From: an uncultured Arcobacter sp.
GTDB taxonomy: Bacteria; Campylobacterota; Campylobacteria; Campylobacterales; Arcobacteraceae
Length of the DNA stretch: 64,000 nucleotides
Reading direction: 5' to 3'
Assembly (NCBI GenBank): GCA_965140705.1
Contig: OZ223301.1
Location: 160,001-224,000, forward strand
The notes below the pieces were generated by a model. The model saw nothing but the letters and a program-made list of their open reading frames with translations. It was not told the origin of the DNA and did not search any database. Positions 9,828-20,566 of the stretch are shown one piece after another (positions within the stretch are counted from its first letter, which is position 1; every line of letters begins with the position of its first letter). A program made the position numbers and the translations under genes.

Positions 9828-9847
9828 GTTAAACTTCTTTTTGTTTT

Positions 9848-9884
9848 AAAAGGGTGTAGTGCATTTGCCTACACCCTTTTTTTT
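9848..9884 (+). terminator. Intrinsic terminator after rpmA
   Basis: AAAAGGGTGTAG...CTACACCCTTTT followed by more T residues. Confidence 0.85.
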
Positions 9885-9965
9885 AGTTTATAATTATTGT
9901 TAAATACAAGCAGTTGTACTTAATAATAGTTATAATTACATAAGTATATATTTTAAAGGTTTGTA

Positions 9966-11057
9966 ATGTTTATAGATAGCGTAAAATTTAGTATTTCTTC
10001 TGGAAAAGGTGGGCAAGGATGTGCCTCATTTAGAAGAGAAAAATTCGTAGTAAAGGGTGGACCTGATGGTGGAGATGGAGGAAAAGGTGGAGATGTCTGT
10101 TTTGTTGTAGACAATAACACTGATACTTTATCTTGGTACAAAGGTAAACATAAATTAAAAGCTGATAATGGAAAACCAGGACTAGGGAGTAGATGTACTG
10201 GAAAAAGTGGAGAGACTTTACTTTTAGTAGTTCCTCCTGGAACTCAGATAATCAATGATGATACGAATGAAGTTATTGCAGACTTATTAGAAGAGGGTGA
10301 TAAAAAACTTTTACTTGAAGGTGGGAAAGGTGGACTAGGTAATACTCACTTTAAAAATTCAAGAAATCAAAGACCAACATATTTTCAACCAGGACTTCCA
10401 GGTGAGACTATGAATATAAGATTAGAATTAAAATTGATTGCTGATGTTGGGCTTGTTGGTTATCCAAATGTTGGAAAATCAACACTAATATCAACTACAT
10501 CAAACGCAACTCCTGAAGTTGCAAATTATGAATTCACTACCTTAACTCCAAAATTAGGTGTTGTAGAAGTTGGTGATTTTAATTCTTTTGTTATGGCAGA
10601 CATTCCAGGAATTATTGATGGCGCAAGTGAAGGTAAGGGCTTAGGATTAGAGTTTCTAAGACATATTGAGCGAACAAAAACATTACTTTTTACTATTGAT
10701 ATTACTAATTATAGAAATACACTTGATCAATTTAATGTTTTAAAAGAAGAGTTAGAAAAATTTTCGAGTGATTTAAGTAAAAGAAATTTTGCTATAGCAT
10801 TAACAAAAACTGATGCTTATTATGGTGAAGATTTAAGTGCTGATATAACTAAATTTATAAATGAACTAGGTTTAGAAGTTACAAAATCAAATGAGTTTGG
10901 TTTTGATAAAGAATTACCATATTATATTCAAGACACAGTTTATGAAAAATTTGATAGAAATAAGCCATTTTTTATATTACCAATTTCATCTGTAACTCAT
11001 AATAATATTGGTGCTTTAAAATTTGCTTTACATAATTTAATTACTCAAGGTAAGTAA
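9966..11057 (+). CDS. obgE: GTPase ObgE/CgtA
   Basis: Gly-rich Obg domain, [14 protein letters not shown] and DIPG motifs. Confidence 0.97.
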   Translation: MFIDSVKFSISSGKGGQGCASFRREKFVVKGGPDGGDGGKGGDVCFVVDNNTDTLSWYKGKHKLKADNGKPGLGSRCTGKSGETLLLVVPPGTQIINDDTNEVIADLLEEGDKKLLLEGGKGGLGNTHFKNSRNQRPTYFQPGLPGETMNIRLELKLIADVGLVGYPNVGKSTLISTTSNATPEVANYEFTTLTPKLGVVEVGDFNSFVMADIPGIIDGASEGKGLGLEFLRHIERTKTLLFTIDITNYRNTLDQFNVLKEELEKFSSDLSKRNFAIALTKTDAYYGEDLSADITKFINELGLEVTKSNEFGFDKELPYYIQDTVYEKFDRNKPFFILPISSVTHNNIGALKFALHNLITQGK

Positions 11058-11822
11058 ATGAAACGAATAGTTATTAAAGTAGGGAGTGCTGTTTTACGAG
11101 AGGGCAGCCTTCTCGCAGTAGAGCGACTAAATAATTTAGTTGACTTAATAGCAAAATTAAAATTAGAAAAAAAATATGAGATTATTTTAGTCTCTTCAGG
11201 AGCTGTTGCTGCTGGAAATATAAGTTTAGAATTAGATAAAACAAAGGTTTTAAATCGACAAGCCCTAGCAGCTATTGGACAACCTTTATTGATGAAACAC
11301 TATAAAAAAAGATTTAGAGAACATGGTTTTACTTGTGCCCAAATGCTTCTTGTAGCAAATGATTTTGATTCTAGAAAAAGATGTGCAAATGCAAAAGGTG
11401 TAATGGAGATTTTATTAGAAAATAATATTATTCCTATTTTAAATGAAAATGATGTAATTGCAAATGAAGAACTTCTAATAGGTGATAATGACCAATTAGG
11501 TGCACATGCAGCGATTTTCTTTGATGCAGATATGTTAGTAATACTTTCTGATGTTGAAGGCTTGTATGATTGCAATCCCCATGAAAACCCAGAAGCAAAA
11601 ATGAGAAAAATAGTTAGCTTTTTAAGAGAAGATGAGTTAGAGATGAAACATAGTCCAAACTCAGAGTTTGCAACAGGTGGGATTGTTACAAAACTAAAAG
11701 CTGCAAATCTTTTATTAAAAAATGACAAAATGATGTATCTTTCTTCTGGGTTTGATTTAACAAATGCATATGATTTTTTATTAAATGGAAATCATAAAAG
11801 TGGAACTCTATTTAAAAAATAA
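11058..11822 (+). CDS. proB: Glutamate 5-kinase (short form without PUA domain)
   Basis: IVIKVGS, SSGAV, NEND, GDND and TGGIVTKL motifs. Confidence 0.95.
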   Translation: MKRIVIKVGSAVLREGSLLAVERLNNLVDLIAKLKLEKKYEIILVSSGAVAAGNISLELDKTKVLNRQALAAIGQPLLMKHYKKRFREHGFTCAQMLLVANDFDSRKRCANAKGVMEILLENNIIPILNENDVIANEELLIGDNDQLGAHAAIFFDADMLVILSDVEGLYDCNPHENPEAKMRKIVSFLREDELEMKHSPNSEFATGGIVTKLKAANLLLKNDKMMYLSSGFDLTNAYDFLLNGNHKSGTLFKK

Positions 11823-11831
11823 AGGAATATT

Positions 11832-12752
11832 ATGGGTAAAAGAATACTATTTATGGGAACGCCTGATTATGCTACAAAAATCTTTGTTGAGATTTTAAAT
11901 AGTTCTTATGAAATAGTAGGGCTTTTTACTCAACCAGATAAACCTATTGGTAGAAAACAAATTATAACAGCTCCTCATATTAAACAATTTTGCATAGATA
12001 ATAATTTAAATATTCCAATTTACCAACCTGAAAAATTAAGAAATAATAAAGAAGTAAAAGAACAAATTGAAGCCTTAAATCCAGATTTTATAATTGTGGC
12101 TGCTTACGGGCAAATTTTGCCAAAAGAAATTTTAGATATAGCTCCATGCATTAATTTACATGCTTCATTACTACCAAAATATAGAGGTGCAAGTCCTATT
12201 CAAGAATCACTTTTAAATGGAGATACTTATACAGGTGTAACTTCTATGCTAATGGCAGAGGGACTTGATAGTGGTGATATTTTGGGATTGAAATATTTTA
12301 AAATACCTCAAACTATGGAAGTAGCAGAACTATTTTCCAAACTCTCGCAACTAGCTTCTAAACTTACAATTGAGACTTTAGATAATTTTGAAAAAATAAG
12401 TCCAAAAGTTCAAAATGAAGTAAATGTTAGTTATTGTAAAAAGATAAAAAAAGAGCATGGTGAAGTAAGTTTTGAAAATGCAGAAAAGCTTTATAGAAAA
12501 TATAAAGCTTACTCTTACTGGCCTGGTGTTTATTTAAAATCAGGGCTTAAATTAAAAGATATTTCGCTTGTGGAAAATAACTCTTCAAATAATGCGGGTG
12601 AAATATTAGCTATTGAAGATAATGGCGTAATTATAGCTTGTGAAAAGGGTAGTTTAAAAATTGCTACATTACAAGCTCCTTCAAAAAAGGCAATTAGTGC
12701 AGTTGATTATATACGAGGTCAAAGAGTCTCTATAGGGAGTCTTTTAATTTAA
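11832..12752 (+). CDS. fmt: Methionyl-tRNA formyltransferase
   Basis: FMGTPDY, TQPDKP, AAYGQIL and NLHASLLPKYRGASPIQ motifs. Confidence 0.97.
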   Translation: MGKRILFMGTPDYATKIFVEILNSSYEIVGLFTQPDKPIGRKQIITAPHIKQFCIDNNLNIPIYQPEKLRNNKEVKEQIEALNPDFIIVAAYGQILPKEILDIAPCINLHASLLPKYRGASPIQESLLNGDTYTGVTSMLMAEGLDSGDILGLKYFKIPQTMEVAELFSKLSQLASKLTIETLDNFEKISPKVQNEVNVSYCKKIKKEHGEVSFENAEKLYRKYKAYSYWPGVYLKSGLKLKDISLVENNSSNNAGEILAIEDNGVIIACEKGSLKIATLQAPSKKAISAVDYIRGQRVSIGSLLI

Positions 12753-12795
12753 TTTATTATATCATTACTAAATAATTTCAATAGAAGTAATAAAT

Positions 12796-14181
12796 ATGAA
12801 AAAAAGTAAAAATCGCTACAATGTTTACGATCTAAAACTTTTCAATATAGATGATTTTGATATTTTATTACATAAGATACTAAAGCAAGTAAGAGAAATA
12901 ATTAGTGCAGAAGCAGGAACTATTTATACTGTTAATGATAATTCTTTGAGCTTTAATGTTTTTCAAAATGACTCTATGACTTATGAAGATATCTTTTTTC
13001 AATACAAAAAACTAAAAGATATAAAATTCCCCCTTGACCCAAACTCAAAATACCTTGCAGTTGATGCTTATATGAGTGAAAAAATAATAATTGTAAATGA
13101 TGTTTATAAAACTAAAAGATATGAATTTTTAGGTGTAAAAGAGTACGATAAAGCTAATAATTACATAACACATTCCATAATCACAGCTCCAATAATACAT
13201 CCAATTGAAAATAAAAAGTTAGGTGTGATTCAACTTATAAATAAGATTGATGATGGTGATACTTTTGATTTTAATGAGAAAGATAAAGATACTTTAGCAA
13301 TGGCAAGTTCTTTGATTGCTTTGTCAATTTGTCAAGCCCATGATGACTTCCTTAGATTAAAAGAGTTAAATGATGAATTAAAAATAGCAAATGAAAAATT
13401 AACAAAAAAAGTTGAGTATGAAATAGGTGAGAATGAGAAAAAATCAGCAATAATATTTCATCAGTCAAAGTTAGCATCGATGGGAGAGATGATTGGTAAT
13501 ATTGCCCATCAATGGAGACAACCATTAAGTGCTATTAGTACATTAGCTAGTGCACTTAGTTTTAATTTAGAATTGAATATTTCTGATAAAAATAAAACTA
13601 TTGAAACTTTAGATAAAATTGTTGATACTACTAGATATCTCTCCGATACTATTGATGATTTTAGAAATTTTTACAAAATTGATAAATACGAAAAAACTTT
13701 TAATATAGCAAAAAACTTACATCAAAGTGTATCTATAATTGATGTTGTTTTATCAGAAGAGGATATTGAACTAATATTTGATTTGGATGAGAGTATTAAT
13801 TATTTTGGATTAGAAAATGAATTAAAACAAGCTATTTTAAATATTTTACAAAATGCAAAAGATGCTTTTCATACTAATATGAATAAAAGTACTAAAAATA
13901 AGTTCATTTTTATTACATTAGAAAAAATCGATGATATAATATTTATAAAAATTAAAGATAATGCAGGTGGAATAAAAGAGAATATTTTAGAAAAAATATT
14001 TACAAAAGATTTTACTACAAAAGATGAACATAAAGGTACAGGTATAGGCTTGTATATGACAAAAGTAATTATTGATAAAAGTTTTGGTGGTACAATAAAA
14101 GCTGAGAACTGTACCTTTGAATATAAAGGTATTCAATGTACAGGAGCTTTGTTTACTATTGAGTTTCAAGCCAAGAAGTAA
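12796..14181 (+). CDS. Cytoplasmic GAF-domain sensor histidine kinase
   Basis: N-terminal GAF (GVIQLINK), coiled coil, H-box IAHQWRQPL, N-box, DNAGG and GTGIGL; no TM. Confidence 0.9.
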   Translation: MKKSKNRYNVYDLKLFNIDDFDILLHKILKQVREIISAEAGTIYTVNDNSLSFNVFQNDSMTYEDIFFQYKKLKDIKFPLDPNSKYLAVDAYMSEKIIIVNDVYKTKRYEFLGVKEYDKANNYITHSIITAPIIHPIENKKLGVIQLINKIDDGDTFDFNEKDKDTLAMASSLIALSICQAHDDFLRLKELNDELKIANEKLTKKVEYEIGENEKKSAIIFHQSKLASMGEMIGNIAHQWRQPLSAISTLASALSFNLELNISDKNKTIETLDKIVDTTRYLSDTIDDFRNFYKIDKYEKTFNIAKNLHQSVSIIDVVLSEEDIELIFDLDESINYFGLENELKQAILNILQNAKDAFHTNMNKSTKNKFIFITLEKIDDIIFIKIKDNAGGIKENILEKIFTKDFTTKDEHKGTGIGLYMTKVIIDKSFGGTIKAENCTFEYKGIQCTGALFTIEFQAKK

Positions 14182-15059
14182 TAAAAGCCAGTTACACTTA
14201 ATAGGGAAAGTAAAACACCAATAACTAAAGCATTTACTGCTAACCTTTCATCTAATCCACCTTGAATAGCTAAAATTACAGCCATGGTCATTGGTGGCAT
14301 TGCAACTTCTAATATTGTAGTTTTACTCCAAATATCATCAAGATTATAAAACATTGAAAATCCTATCATTACAAGTATTGGCATTAAAAACATTTTTATT
14401 CCAAGAAGTAAACTAACAGTTTTAAATTTATAAAAAATATTTTTTACTTCTAATTTCATACCAATAGCAATCATTGCTACAGGTACAACTGTGGCACCTA
14501 TTGCACTTGCAGTGTTCATTACAAAAGTAGGAACTGTAAAAAACTTTAAAATAATAGTGACAAAAAACATAATAATAGGTGGGAAAAATAGTACTTTTCT
14601 AGTCATAGCTTTAAATTTTACAAGCTCACCACTCCCCCAGTTTACAATAACAGAGCCCAATGAAACTACTAATAAAAAAGAACCAAAAAGATCATATATA
14701 AGAGCATATACCACATAATCTTGACCATAAAAAGCATCAATATATGAAAATCCTACAAAAGAGGTATTACCAAAAGTTCCAACAACCATAAAAGTTGCTA
14801 AGGTTTTTTTCTCAAATTTTAAGAATTTACCAACAATATATGTCAAAACTAGATTTATTAAGATTATAGTATTAAACATAAATATCATATTTAAAAATTT
14901 GAGATCTAAAGTAAGTGGATAAATTTTTATAAAAACCATTGCTGGAAGTGAAAAATATATAACAAAATCGACTAAAGCTTGAGAATTGTCTTTTATAAAA
15001 ATTTTAAAAAAGTATCCTATCATTAAATATAAAGCAATTGGTAAAACCGGATCTAACAT
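14166..15059 (-). CDS. AEC (auxin efflux carrier) family transporter
   Basis: About 10 hydrophobic segments; SLPAM, GNTSFVG and AMPP motifs. Confidence 0.85.
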   Translation of the reverse strand: MLDPVLPIALYLMIGYFFKIFIKDNSQALVDFVIYFSLPAMVFIKIYPLTLDLKFLNMIFMFNTIILINLVLTYIVGKFLKFEKKTLATFMVVGTFGNTSFVGFSYIDAFYGQDYVVYALIYDLFGSFLLVVSLGSVIVNWGSGELVKFKAMTRKVLFFPPIIMFFVTIILKFFTVPTFVMNTASAIGATVVPVAMIAIGMKLEVKNIFYKFKTVSLLLGIKMFLMPILVMIGFSMFYNLDDIWSKTTILEVAMPPMTMAVILAIQGGLDERLAVNALVIGVLLSLLSVTGFYYFLA

Positions 15060-15141
15060 TATCTCTCCAAATTAAAAAGTAAATATTATATATATAACTT
15101 CATTAATATGAACTTGTAGATTAATTTAGTACAATACATTT

Positions 15142-15777
15142 ATGGAAATTAGATATTTAGAAAGTGTTGATTCTACACATACATATTTAAAAGAATATAT
15201 AAAAAGTAATGGTTTTTCCCACAGTTTATGTTTTTATACCCAAGAACAAACAGCAGGAATAGGTAGTCGAGGTAATTCATGGGTAGGAACAAAGGGAAAT
15301 TTATTTTTTTCTTTTGTAATAAAACAAGATGATTTGCCATTTGATTTAGAAATACAAAGTGCATCAATTTATTTTTCTTTTATTTTAAAAGATATATTAA
15401 AAAAATTTGGCTCAGAAGTTTGGCTTAAATGGCCAAATGATTTTTACATTAATAATTATAAAATTGGTGGAACTATAACCTCTGTCTCAAACGGTTTAGT
15501 TTATTGTGGAATAGGTTTAAATTTAAATAATGTTAATAGTGAGTTCTTAAAACTAGATATACAAATAGATATAAAAGAATTATTTAAATTATATTTCCAA
15601 AATATTGAAAAAAAGATTCTGTGGGAGGATATTTTAAAAGAATATGTGGTAGAATTCGAAAGAAGTAAAAATTTATACGCAACAATTAACAATGAAAAAT
15701 TACCCTTAATCAATGCACACTTAAATAGTGATGGTTCGATAAATATTAATAATAAAAAGGTTTTTAGTCTAAGATGA
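15142..15777 (+). CDS. birA: Biotin--[acetyl-CoA carboxylase] ligase (no HTH domain)
   Basis: DSTH, QTAGIGSRGNSW, KWPND and KIGG motifs. Confidence 0.93.
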   Translation: MEIRYLESVDSTHTYLKEYIKSNGFSHSLCFYTQEQTAGIGSRGNSWVGTKGNLFFSFVIKQDDLPFDLEIQSASIYFSFILKDILKKFGSEVWLKWPNDFYINNYKIGGTITSVSNGLVYCGIGLNLNNVNSEFLKLDIQIDIKELFKLYFQNIEKKILWEDILKEYVVEFERSKNLYATINNEKLPLINAHLNSDGSININNKKVFSLR

Positions 15778-16553
15778 TGGCAGAAGTAATAACAATAGCA
15801 AATCAAAAAGGTGGAGTTGGAAAGACAACTACAGCTGTGAATTTAAGTGCAGCTTTGGCCTTACAAGGGAAGAAAGTATTATTAATAGATGCAGATCCAC
15901 AAGCAAATGCAACTACAAGTTTAGGGTTTCACAGAGATACCTATGAATATAATATTTATCACGTTATGCTTGGAACAAAAGAATTAAATGAGATTATACT
16001 AGACTCAGAAATTGATAATTTAAAAGTAGCACCTTCAAATATCGGTTTAGTTGGTATTGAAAGAGAATTCTATAAAAATACAAAAGATAGGGAATTGATT
16101 TTAAAAAGAAAAATTGATCCTATTAAAAAAGATTTTGATTATATTATTATTGATTCACCTCCAGCACTAGGACCTATTACAATTAATACATTAAGTGCTT
16201 CTAATTCTGTTTTAATACCAATTCAATGTGAGTTTTTTGCCCTTGAAGGTTTGGCACAATTACTTAATACAATAAAATTAGTAAAACAAACTATTAATAG
16301 ACAATTACAAATAAGAGGATTCCTTCCTACTATGTATAGTGCACAAAATAACCTTGCAAAACAAGTATTTGCAGACCTTGCACAACATTTTGAAAGTAAA
16401 TTATTTAAAATTGATGGTAGTTCATATGTGGTAATACCAAGAAATATTAAATTAGCAGAAAGCCCAAGTTTTGGAAAACCAATTATGCTTTATGATGCGG
16501 CAGCAATTGGAACAAAAGCTTATACAAATTTAGCAAAAGCAATAGCAGGATAA
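15774..16553 (+). CDS. parA: Chromosome partitioning ATPase ParA/Soj
   Basis: NQKGGVGKTTT deviant Walker A, DPQAN, DSPP; start may be 15777. Confidence 0.95.
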   Translation: MMAEVITIANQKGGVGKTTTAVNLSAALALQGKKVLLIDADPQANATTSLGFHRDTYEYNIYHVMLGTKELNEIILDSEIDNLKVAPSNIGLVGIEREFYKNTKDRELILKRKIDPIKKDFDYIIIDSPPALGPITINTLSASNSVLIPIQCEFFALEGLAQLLNTIKLVKQTINRQLQIRGFLPTMYSAQNNLAKQVFADLAQHFESKLFKIDGSSYVVIPRNIKLAESPSFGKPIMLYDAAAIGTKAYTNLAKAIAG

Positions 16554-16556
16554 AAA

Positions 16557-17438
16557 ATGGCAAAAGCAGCATTAGGTAGAGGTTTAGGTGAACTATTAGG
16601 TGAAGTAGAATCAGCTTATGAAAGTAATAACAGTTCTTCTTCTAAAGAAAAGGGTATGGATATCTATTTAGATGTAAATAGTATCAAACCAAATCCCGCA
16701 CAACCTAGAAAAATATTTGATGAAGATAAATTAAAAGAATTAAGTGATTCTATTAAGGAACATGGACTTATTCAAGCTATTAGTGTAATTGAATCATCTG
16801 AATATGGTGAATATATTTTAATCGCTGGTGAGAGAAGATTAAGAGCTCATAAATTAGCTAATATTGATAAAATTAAAGCAAATATTTTAGATATTGATAA
16901 TGATAAATTAAGAGAAATTGCTTTAATTGAAAATATTCAAAGAGATGATTTAAATGTAATTGAATTAGCATATTCTTATGCACAACTTATAAACGAACAC
17001 TCTTTAACACATGAAGAATTATCAACAAAAGTTTTTAAAAGTAGAACATCTATAACAAATACATTAAGACTGTTACAATTATCTTCTTATGTTCAACAAA
17101 TGTTAGCTAATGACAAAATTACTGCTGGACATGCAAAAATAATGGTAGGACTTGATGAAGAGGTACAAAGAAAAGTTACCGATAGTATCATTGGACAAAA
17201 ATTGTCTGTAAGAGAAACAGAACAATTAATAAAAGACATTAAAAAACCTGAAACAACTTCAACTAAAAAAGCTAAATCATCACCTAAAAATTATGATTTA
17301 AAACCTTTAAATGGTATAGTTGATGAACTATCAAAAAACAATTTAAAGGTTAAATTAGAAAAAAATTGTTTTAAGATAGAAATCAAATCTCAAGAGGATA
17401 TTGAAAAGATATCTAATTACTTTCGTAACACTTTATAA
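16557..17438 (+). CDS. parB: Chromosome partitioning protein ParB/Spo0J
   Basis: LGRGL, QPRK, AGERRLRA and ENIQR motifs plus HTH. Confidence 0.95.
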   Translation: MAKAALGRGLGELLGEVESAYESNNSSSSKEKGMDIYLDVNSIKPNPAQPRKIFDEDKLKELSDSIKEHGLIQAISVIESSEYGEYILIAGERRLRAHKLANIDKIKANILDIDNDKLREIALIENIQRDDLNVIELAYSYAQLINEHSLTHEELSTKVFKSRTSITNTLRLLQLSSYVQQMLANDKITAGHAKIMVGLDEEVQRKVTDSIIGQKLSVRETEQLIKDIKKPETTSTKKAKSSPKNYDLKPLNGIVDELSKNNLKVKLEKNCFKIEIKSQEDIEKISNYFRNTL

Positions 17439-17541
17439 AATTTATCTAACATTTTGACCCATTTAATAAAAATTTATATAATATTTCGCTAAAATTTATA
17501 AGTTTTAGTCAAACTAAACTGTAAAAAATATGGAGGAATGA

Positions 17542-17964
17542 ATGTTAGACATAAGTCCTGTATTGTTGCTTAGCTCTGGTATTATTTTCTTATTAGTACT
17601 TGCCAGACTAAACAGTTGTCTATTTACACCTCTACTAAAGCATATGGATGAAAGAGCAAAATCTATCAAAACTGATTTAGAGAATGCAAAGTCAAATACT
17701 GCTGATGTAGATGGAATGCTAGCTGAAGCGAATGATGTTATTGCAAAAGCTAAAAAAGAAGCTGCTGTAATTAGAGAAGAAGCTTTTAATGAAGCTAAAA
17801 AAGTTGCTGATTCTAAATTGGAAGCTGCCAAATCAGATATTGAAACAAAATATTCTGATTTTAAAGATTCTTTAGATAAAGATTCAAAAGCTTTAAAAGA
17901 TTCGTTAATTGCTGCAATGCCTCAATTTAATGAGAGCTTAAAAGCTAAGTTAAGCTCAATATAA
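17542..17964 (+). CDS. atpF': F0F1 ATP synthase subunit b'
   Basis: N-terminal TM plus coiled coil; first gene of the atp cluster. Confidence 0.85.
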   Translation: MLDISPVLLLSSGIIFLLVLARLNSCLFTPLLKHMDERAKSIKTDLENAKSNTADVDGMLAEANDVIAKAKKEAAVIREEAFNEAKKVADSKLEAAKSDIETKYSDFKDSLDKDSKALKDSLIAAMPQFNESLKAKLSSI

Positions 17965-17974
17965 GGGAGAAGAA

Positions 17975-18487
17975 GTGAACAAATTATTATTAACTTTATT
18001 AGCTTTGGCTCCTGTAGCGTTATTTGCTAATAGTGATGGTGCGGAAACTGATATTATTCAAAGAACCGTTAACTTTGTAATTTTTGCTGGAATTTTATGG
18101 TATTTATTAGCTGATAAAATTAAAGCTTTTTTTGCAAACAGAACTTTAGAAATTCAATCTGAATTAGATAAAGTACAAGATACTTTAAAAGCTTCACAAT
18201 CAAAAATTGATGAAGCAGCAGTAAAATTAGATGAAGCTAAAAAATTAGCTGCAGAAACTGTTGAACTTGCAAAATCAGAAGTTGGTGCATTAAAACAAAA
18301 AGTTGCAGATGCAGTTGACCATGATATTGCTCAATTAAACAAAAATTTCGCTGAAAGAATCGAAGTTGAAACTAAAAAAGTGCAAAGACAAGTTGTTGAA
18401 GAAATTCTTGAAGAGCTACTTAAATCTGAAAATATTGCATTATCGCAAGATGAATTAGCAAGTATTATTCTTAAGAAGGTGGCGTAA
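17975..18487 (+). CDS. atpF: F0F1 ATP synthase subunit b
   Basis: RTVNFVIF TM plus coiled coil; GTG start; synteny. Confidence 0.88.
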   Translation: MNKLLLTLLALAPVALFANSDGAETDIIQRTVNFVIFAGILWYLLADKIKAFFANRTLEIQSELDKVQDTLKASQSKIDEAAVKLDEAKKLAAETVELAKSEVGALKQKVADAVDHDIAQLNKNFAERIEVETKKVQRQVVEEILEELLKSENIALSQDELASIILKKVA

Positions 18488-19017
18488 TGAATGATTTAAT
18501 TGCAAAAAGATACGTTAAAGCACTATTGGATGGTAAAGATGTAGCTACTGCAACTTCAATTTGTAATGAATTAAGTGAAATTTCAAAAGCATTTGCTGAT
18601 GATAAGTTTATCTCTATCATATCTTCAATTGAAGTAAAAGAATCTCAAAAAACAGATTTAATAATCTCGTTGATTGATAATATTTCTGATACTACAAAAA
18701 ATTTAATAAAATTGTTAGGTAGTAAAAAAAGATTGGAAATTATTCCATTTATACTTGCAGAATTAAAAGCTAATATTGCAGTAATGGAAAATTCTTATGA
18801 AGGTGTTGTTTATACTAACAATGCGTTATCTGATCAATATATTAACTCTATTGCAGAGCAATTTAGTAAGAAATTTGATGTTAAATTATCTTTAACTCAA
18901 AATGTATGTGATTATGATGGTATTAAAGTTGATATTGATGGACTTGGAGTTGAGATTAGCTTCTCAAAAGATAGACTTAAATCACAAATGATAAATCATA
19001 TTTTAAAAGCAGTTTAG
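18487..19017 (+). CDS. atpH: F0F1 ATP synthase subunit delta
   Basis: IAKRYVKAL N-terminus; synteny. Confidence 0.92.
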   Translation: MNDLIAKRYVKALLDGKDVATATSICNELSEISKAFADDKFISIISSIEVKESQKTDLIISLIDNISDTTKNLIKLLGSKKRLEIIPFILAELKANIAVMENSYEGVVYTNNALSDQYINSIAEQFSKKFDVKLSLTQNVCDYDGIKVDIDGLGVEISFSKDRLKSQMINHILKAV

Positions 19018-19038
19018 AACTTATAAAGGAGAAATTGA

Positions 19039-20556
19039 ATGGGTGCAAAAATTCAAGCTGATGAAATCAGTTCGATCATCAAAGAAAGAATTGATAACTT
19101 TGAATTAAATGTAGATGTAAATGAGACTGGTAAAATTATCTCTTATGCAGATGGTATTGCTCAAGTTTACGGTCTTAAGAATGTTATGGCTGGTGAGATT
19201 GTAGAATTTGAAAATGGCGAAAGAGGGTTAGCTTCTAACCTTGAAGAGTCTTCAGTAGGTGTTGTTGTTTTAGGTTCTGGAAATGGATTAAGAGAAGGTT
19301 CTTCTTGTAAAAGAATTGGAAAACTATTAGAAACACCAGTTGGTGAAGCTATGGTTGGAAGAGTTGTTAATGCATTAGGTGAACCAATTGATGGAAAAGG
19401 AACTATTGAAGCAAGTGAATCAAGATTTGTTGAAGAAAAAGCTCCTGGAATCATGGCTAGAAAATCAGTTCATGAACCATTACAAACAGGTATTAAAGCA
19501 ATTGATGCACTTGTTCCAATTGGAAGAGGACAAAGAGAGCTTATTATTGGAGATAGACAAACTGGTAAAACAACTGTTGCTATTGATACAATTCTTAACC
19601 AAAAAGGTGAGAATGTAGTTTGTATTTATGTTGCAATTGGTCAAAAATCATCTTCAATTGCTTCTGTTGTTAGAACATTAGAAGACTCTGGTGCAATGGA
19701 ATATACAATTGTTGTTAATGCTTCAGCTGCAGATTCAGCTACATTACAATTCTTAGCTCCATATACTGGTGTTACAATTGGTGAGTACTTTAGAGATAAT
19801 GGTAAACATGCATTAATTGTTTATGATGATTTATCAAAACATGCAGTTGCATATAGAGAGATGTCATTAATCTTAAGAAGACCTCCAGGTCGAGAAGCTT
19901 ATCCAGGGGATGTATTTTACCTACACTCAAGATTACTTGAGAGAGCTGCTAAAATGTCAGATGAAAGAGGTGCTGGTTCAATGACAGCTTTACCTATTAT
20001 CGAAACACAAGCTGGAGACGTTGCTGCATATATTCCAACAAATGTTATTTCTATTACAGATGGTCAAATCTTCCTAGAAACTAACCTTTTCAACTCAGGA
20101 ATCAGACCTGCAATTAATGTAGGACTTTCAGTATCAAGAGTTGGTGGAGCAGCACAAATTAAAGCTACTAAGCAAGTTGCTGGTACTTTAAAATTATCAC
20201 TTGCACAATATAGAGAACTTGAAGCATTTGCTCAATTCGCATCTGATCTTGATGAAAGTACAAGAAGAGAACTTGAACTTGGTCAAAGAATGGTAGAAGT
20301 ATTAAAACAAGGTGTTAATAAACCTTTAGTTATTGAAAAACAAGTTGTTATTATTTATGCTGGAACTAAAGGATATTTAAATGATATCGCAGTTTCTGAT
20401 GTTGTAAGATTTGAAGATGAATTACATGCATTTATTGAGCAAAAATACTCAAATATTTTAGATGAAATTAAATCTAAGAAAAAATTAGACGAAGATACTG
20501 AAGATAATTTAAAATCTGCGTTAGAAGAGTTTAAAACTGTTTTTAGTGCAAAATAA
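19039..20556 (+). CDS. atpA: F0F1 ATP synthase subunit alpha
   Basis: GDRQTGKT and [23 protein letters not shown] motifs. Confidence 0.99.
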   Translation: MGAKIQADEISSIIKERIDNFELNVDVNETGKIISYADGIAQVYGLKNVMAGEIVEFENGERGLASNLEESSVGVVVLGSGNGLREGSSCKRIGKLLETPVGEAMVGRVVNALGEPIDGKGTIEASESRFVEEKAPGIMARKSVHEPLQTGIKAIDALVPIGRGQRELIIGDRQTGKTTVAIDTILNQKGENVVCIYVAIGQKSSSIASVVRTLEDSGAMEYTIVVNASAADSATLQFLAPYTGVTIGEYFRDNGKHALIVYDDLSKHAVAYREMSLILRRPPGREAYPGDVFYLHSRLLERAAKMSDERGAGSMTALPIIETQAGDVAAYIPTNVISITDGQIFLETNLFNSGIRPAINVGLSVSRVGGAAQIKATKQVAGTLKLSLAQYRELEAFAQFASDLDESTRRELELGQRMVEVLKQGVNKPLVIEKQVVIIYAGTKGYLNDIAVSDVVRFEDELHAFIEQKYSNILDEIKSKKKLDEDTEDNLKSALEEFKTVFSAK

Positions 20557-20566
20557 GGATTAGTCA

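Noticed and set aside
11300..11728. Long antisense or off-frame ORFs, here and at 17514-17831, 29171-29509, 47757-48170 and 49682-50299
   Set aside because: Shadow frames of well-supported genes, with no motifs or RBS.
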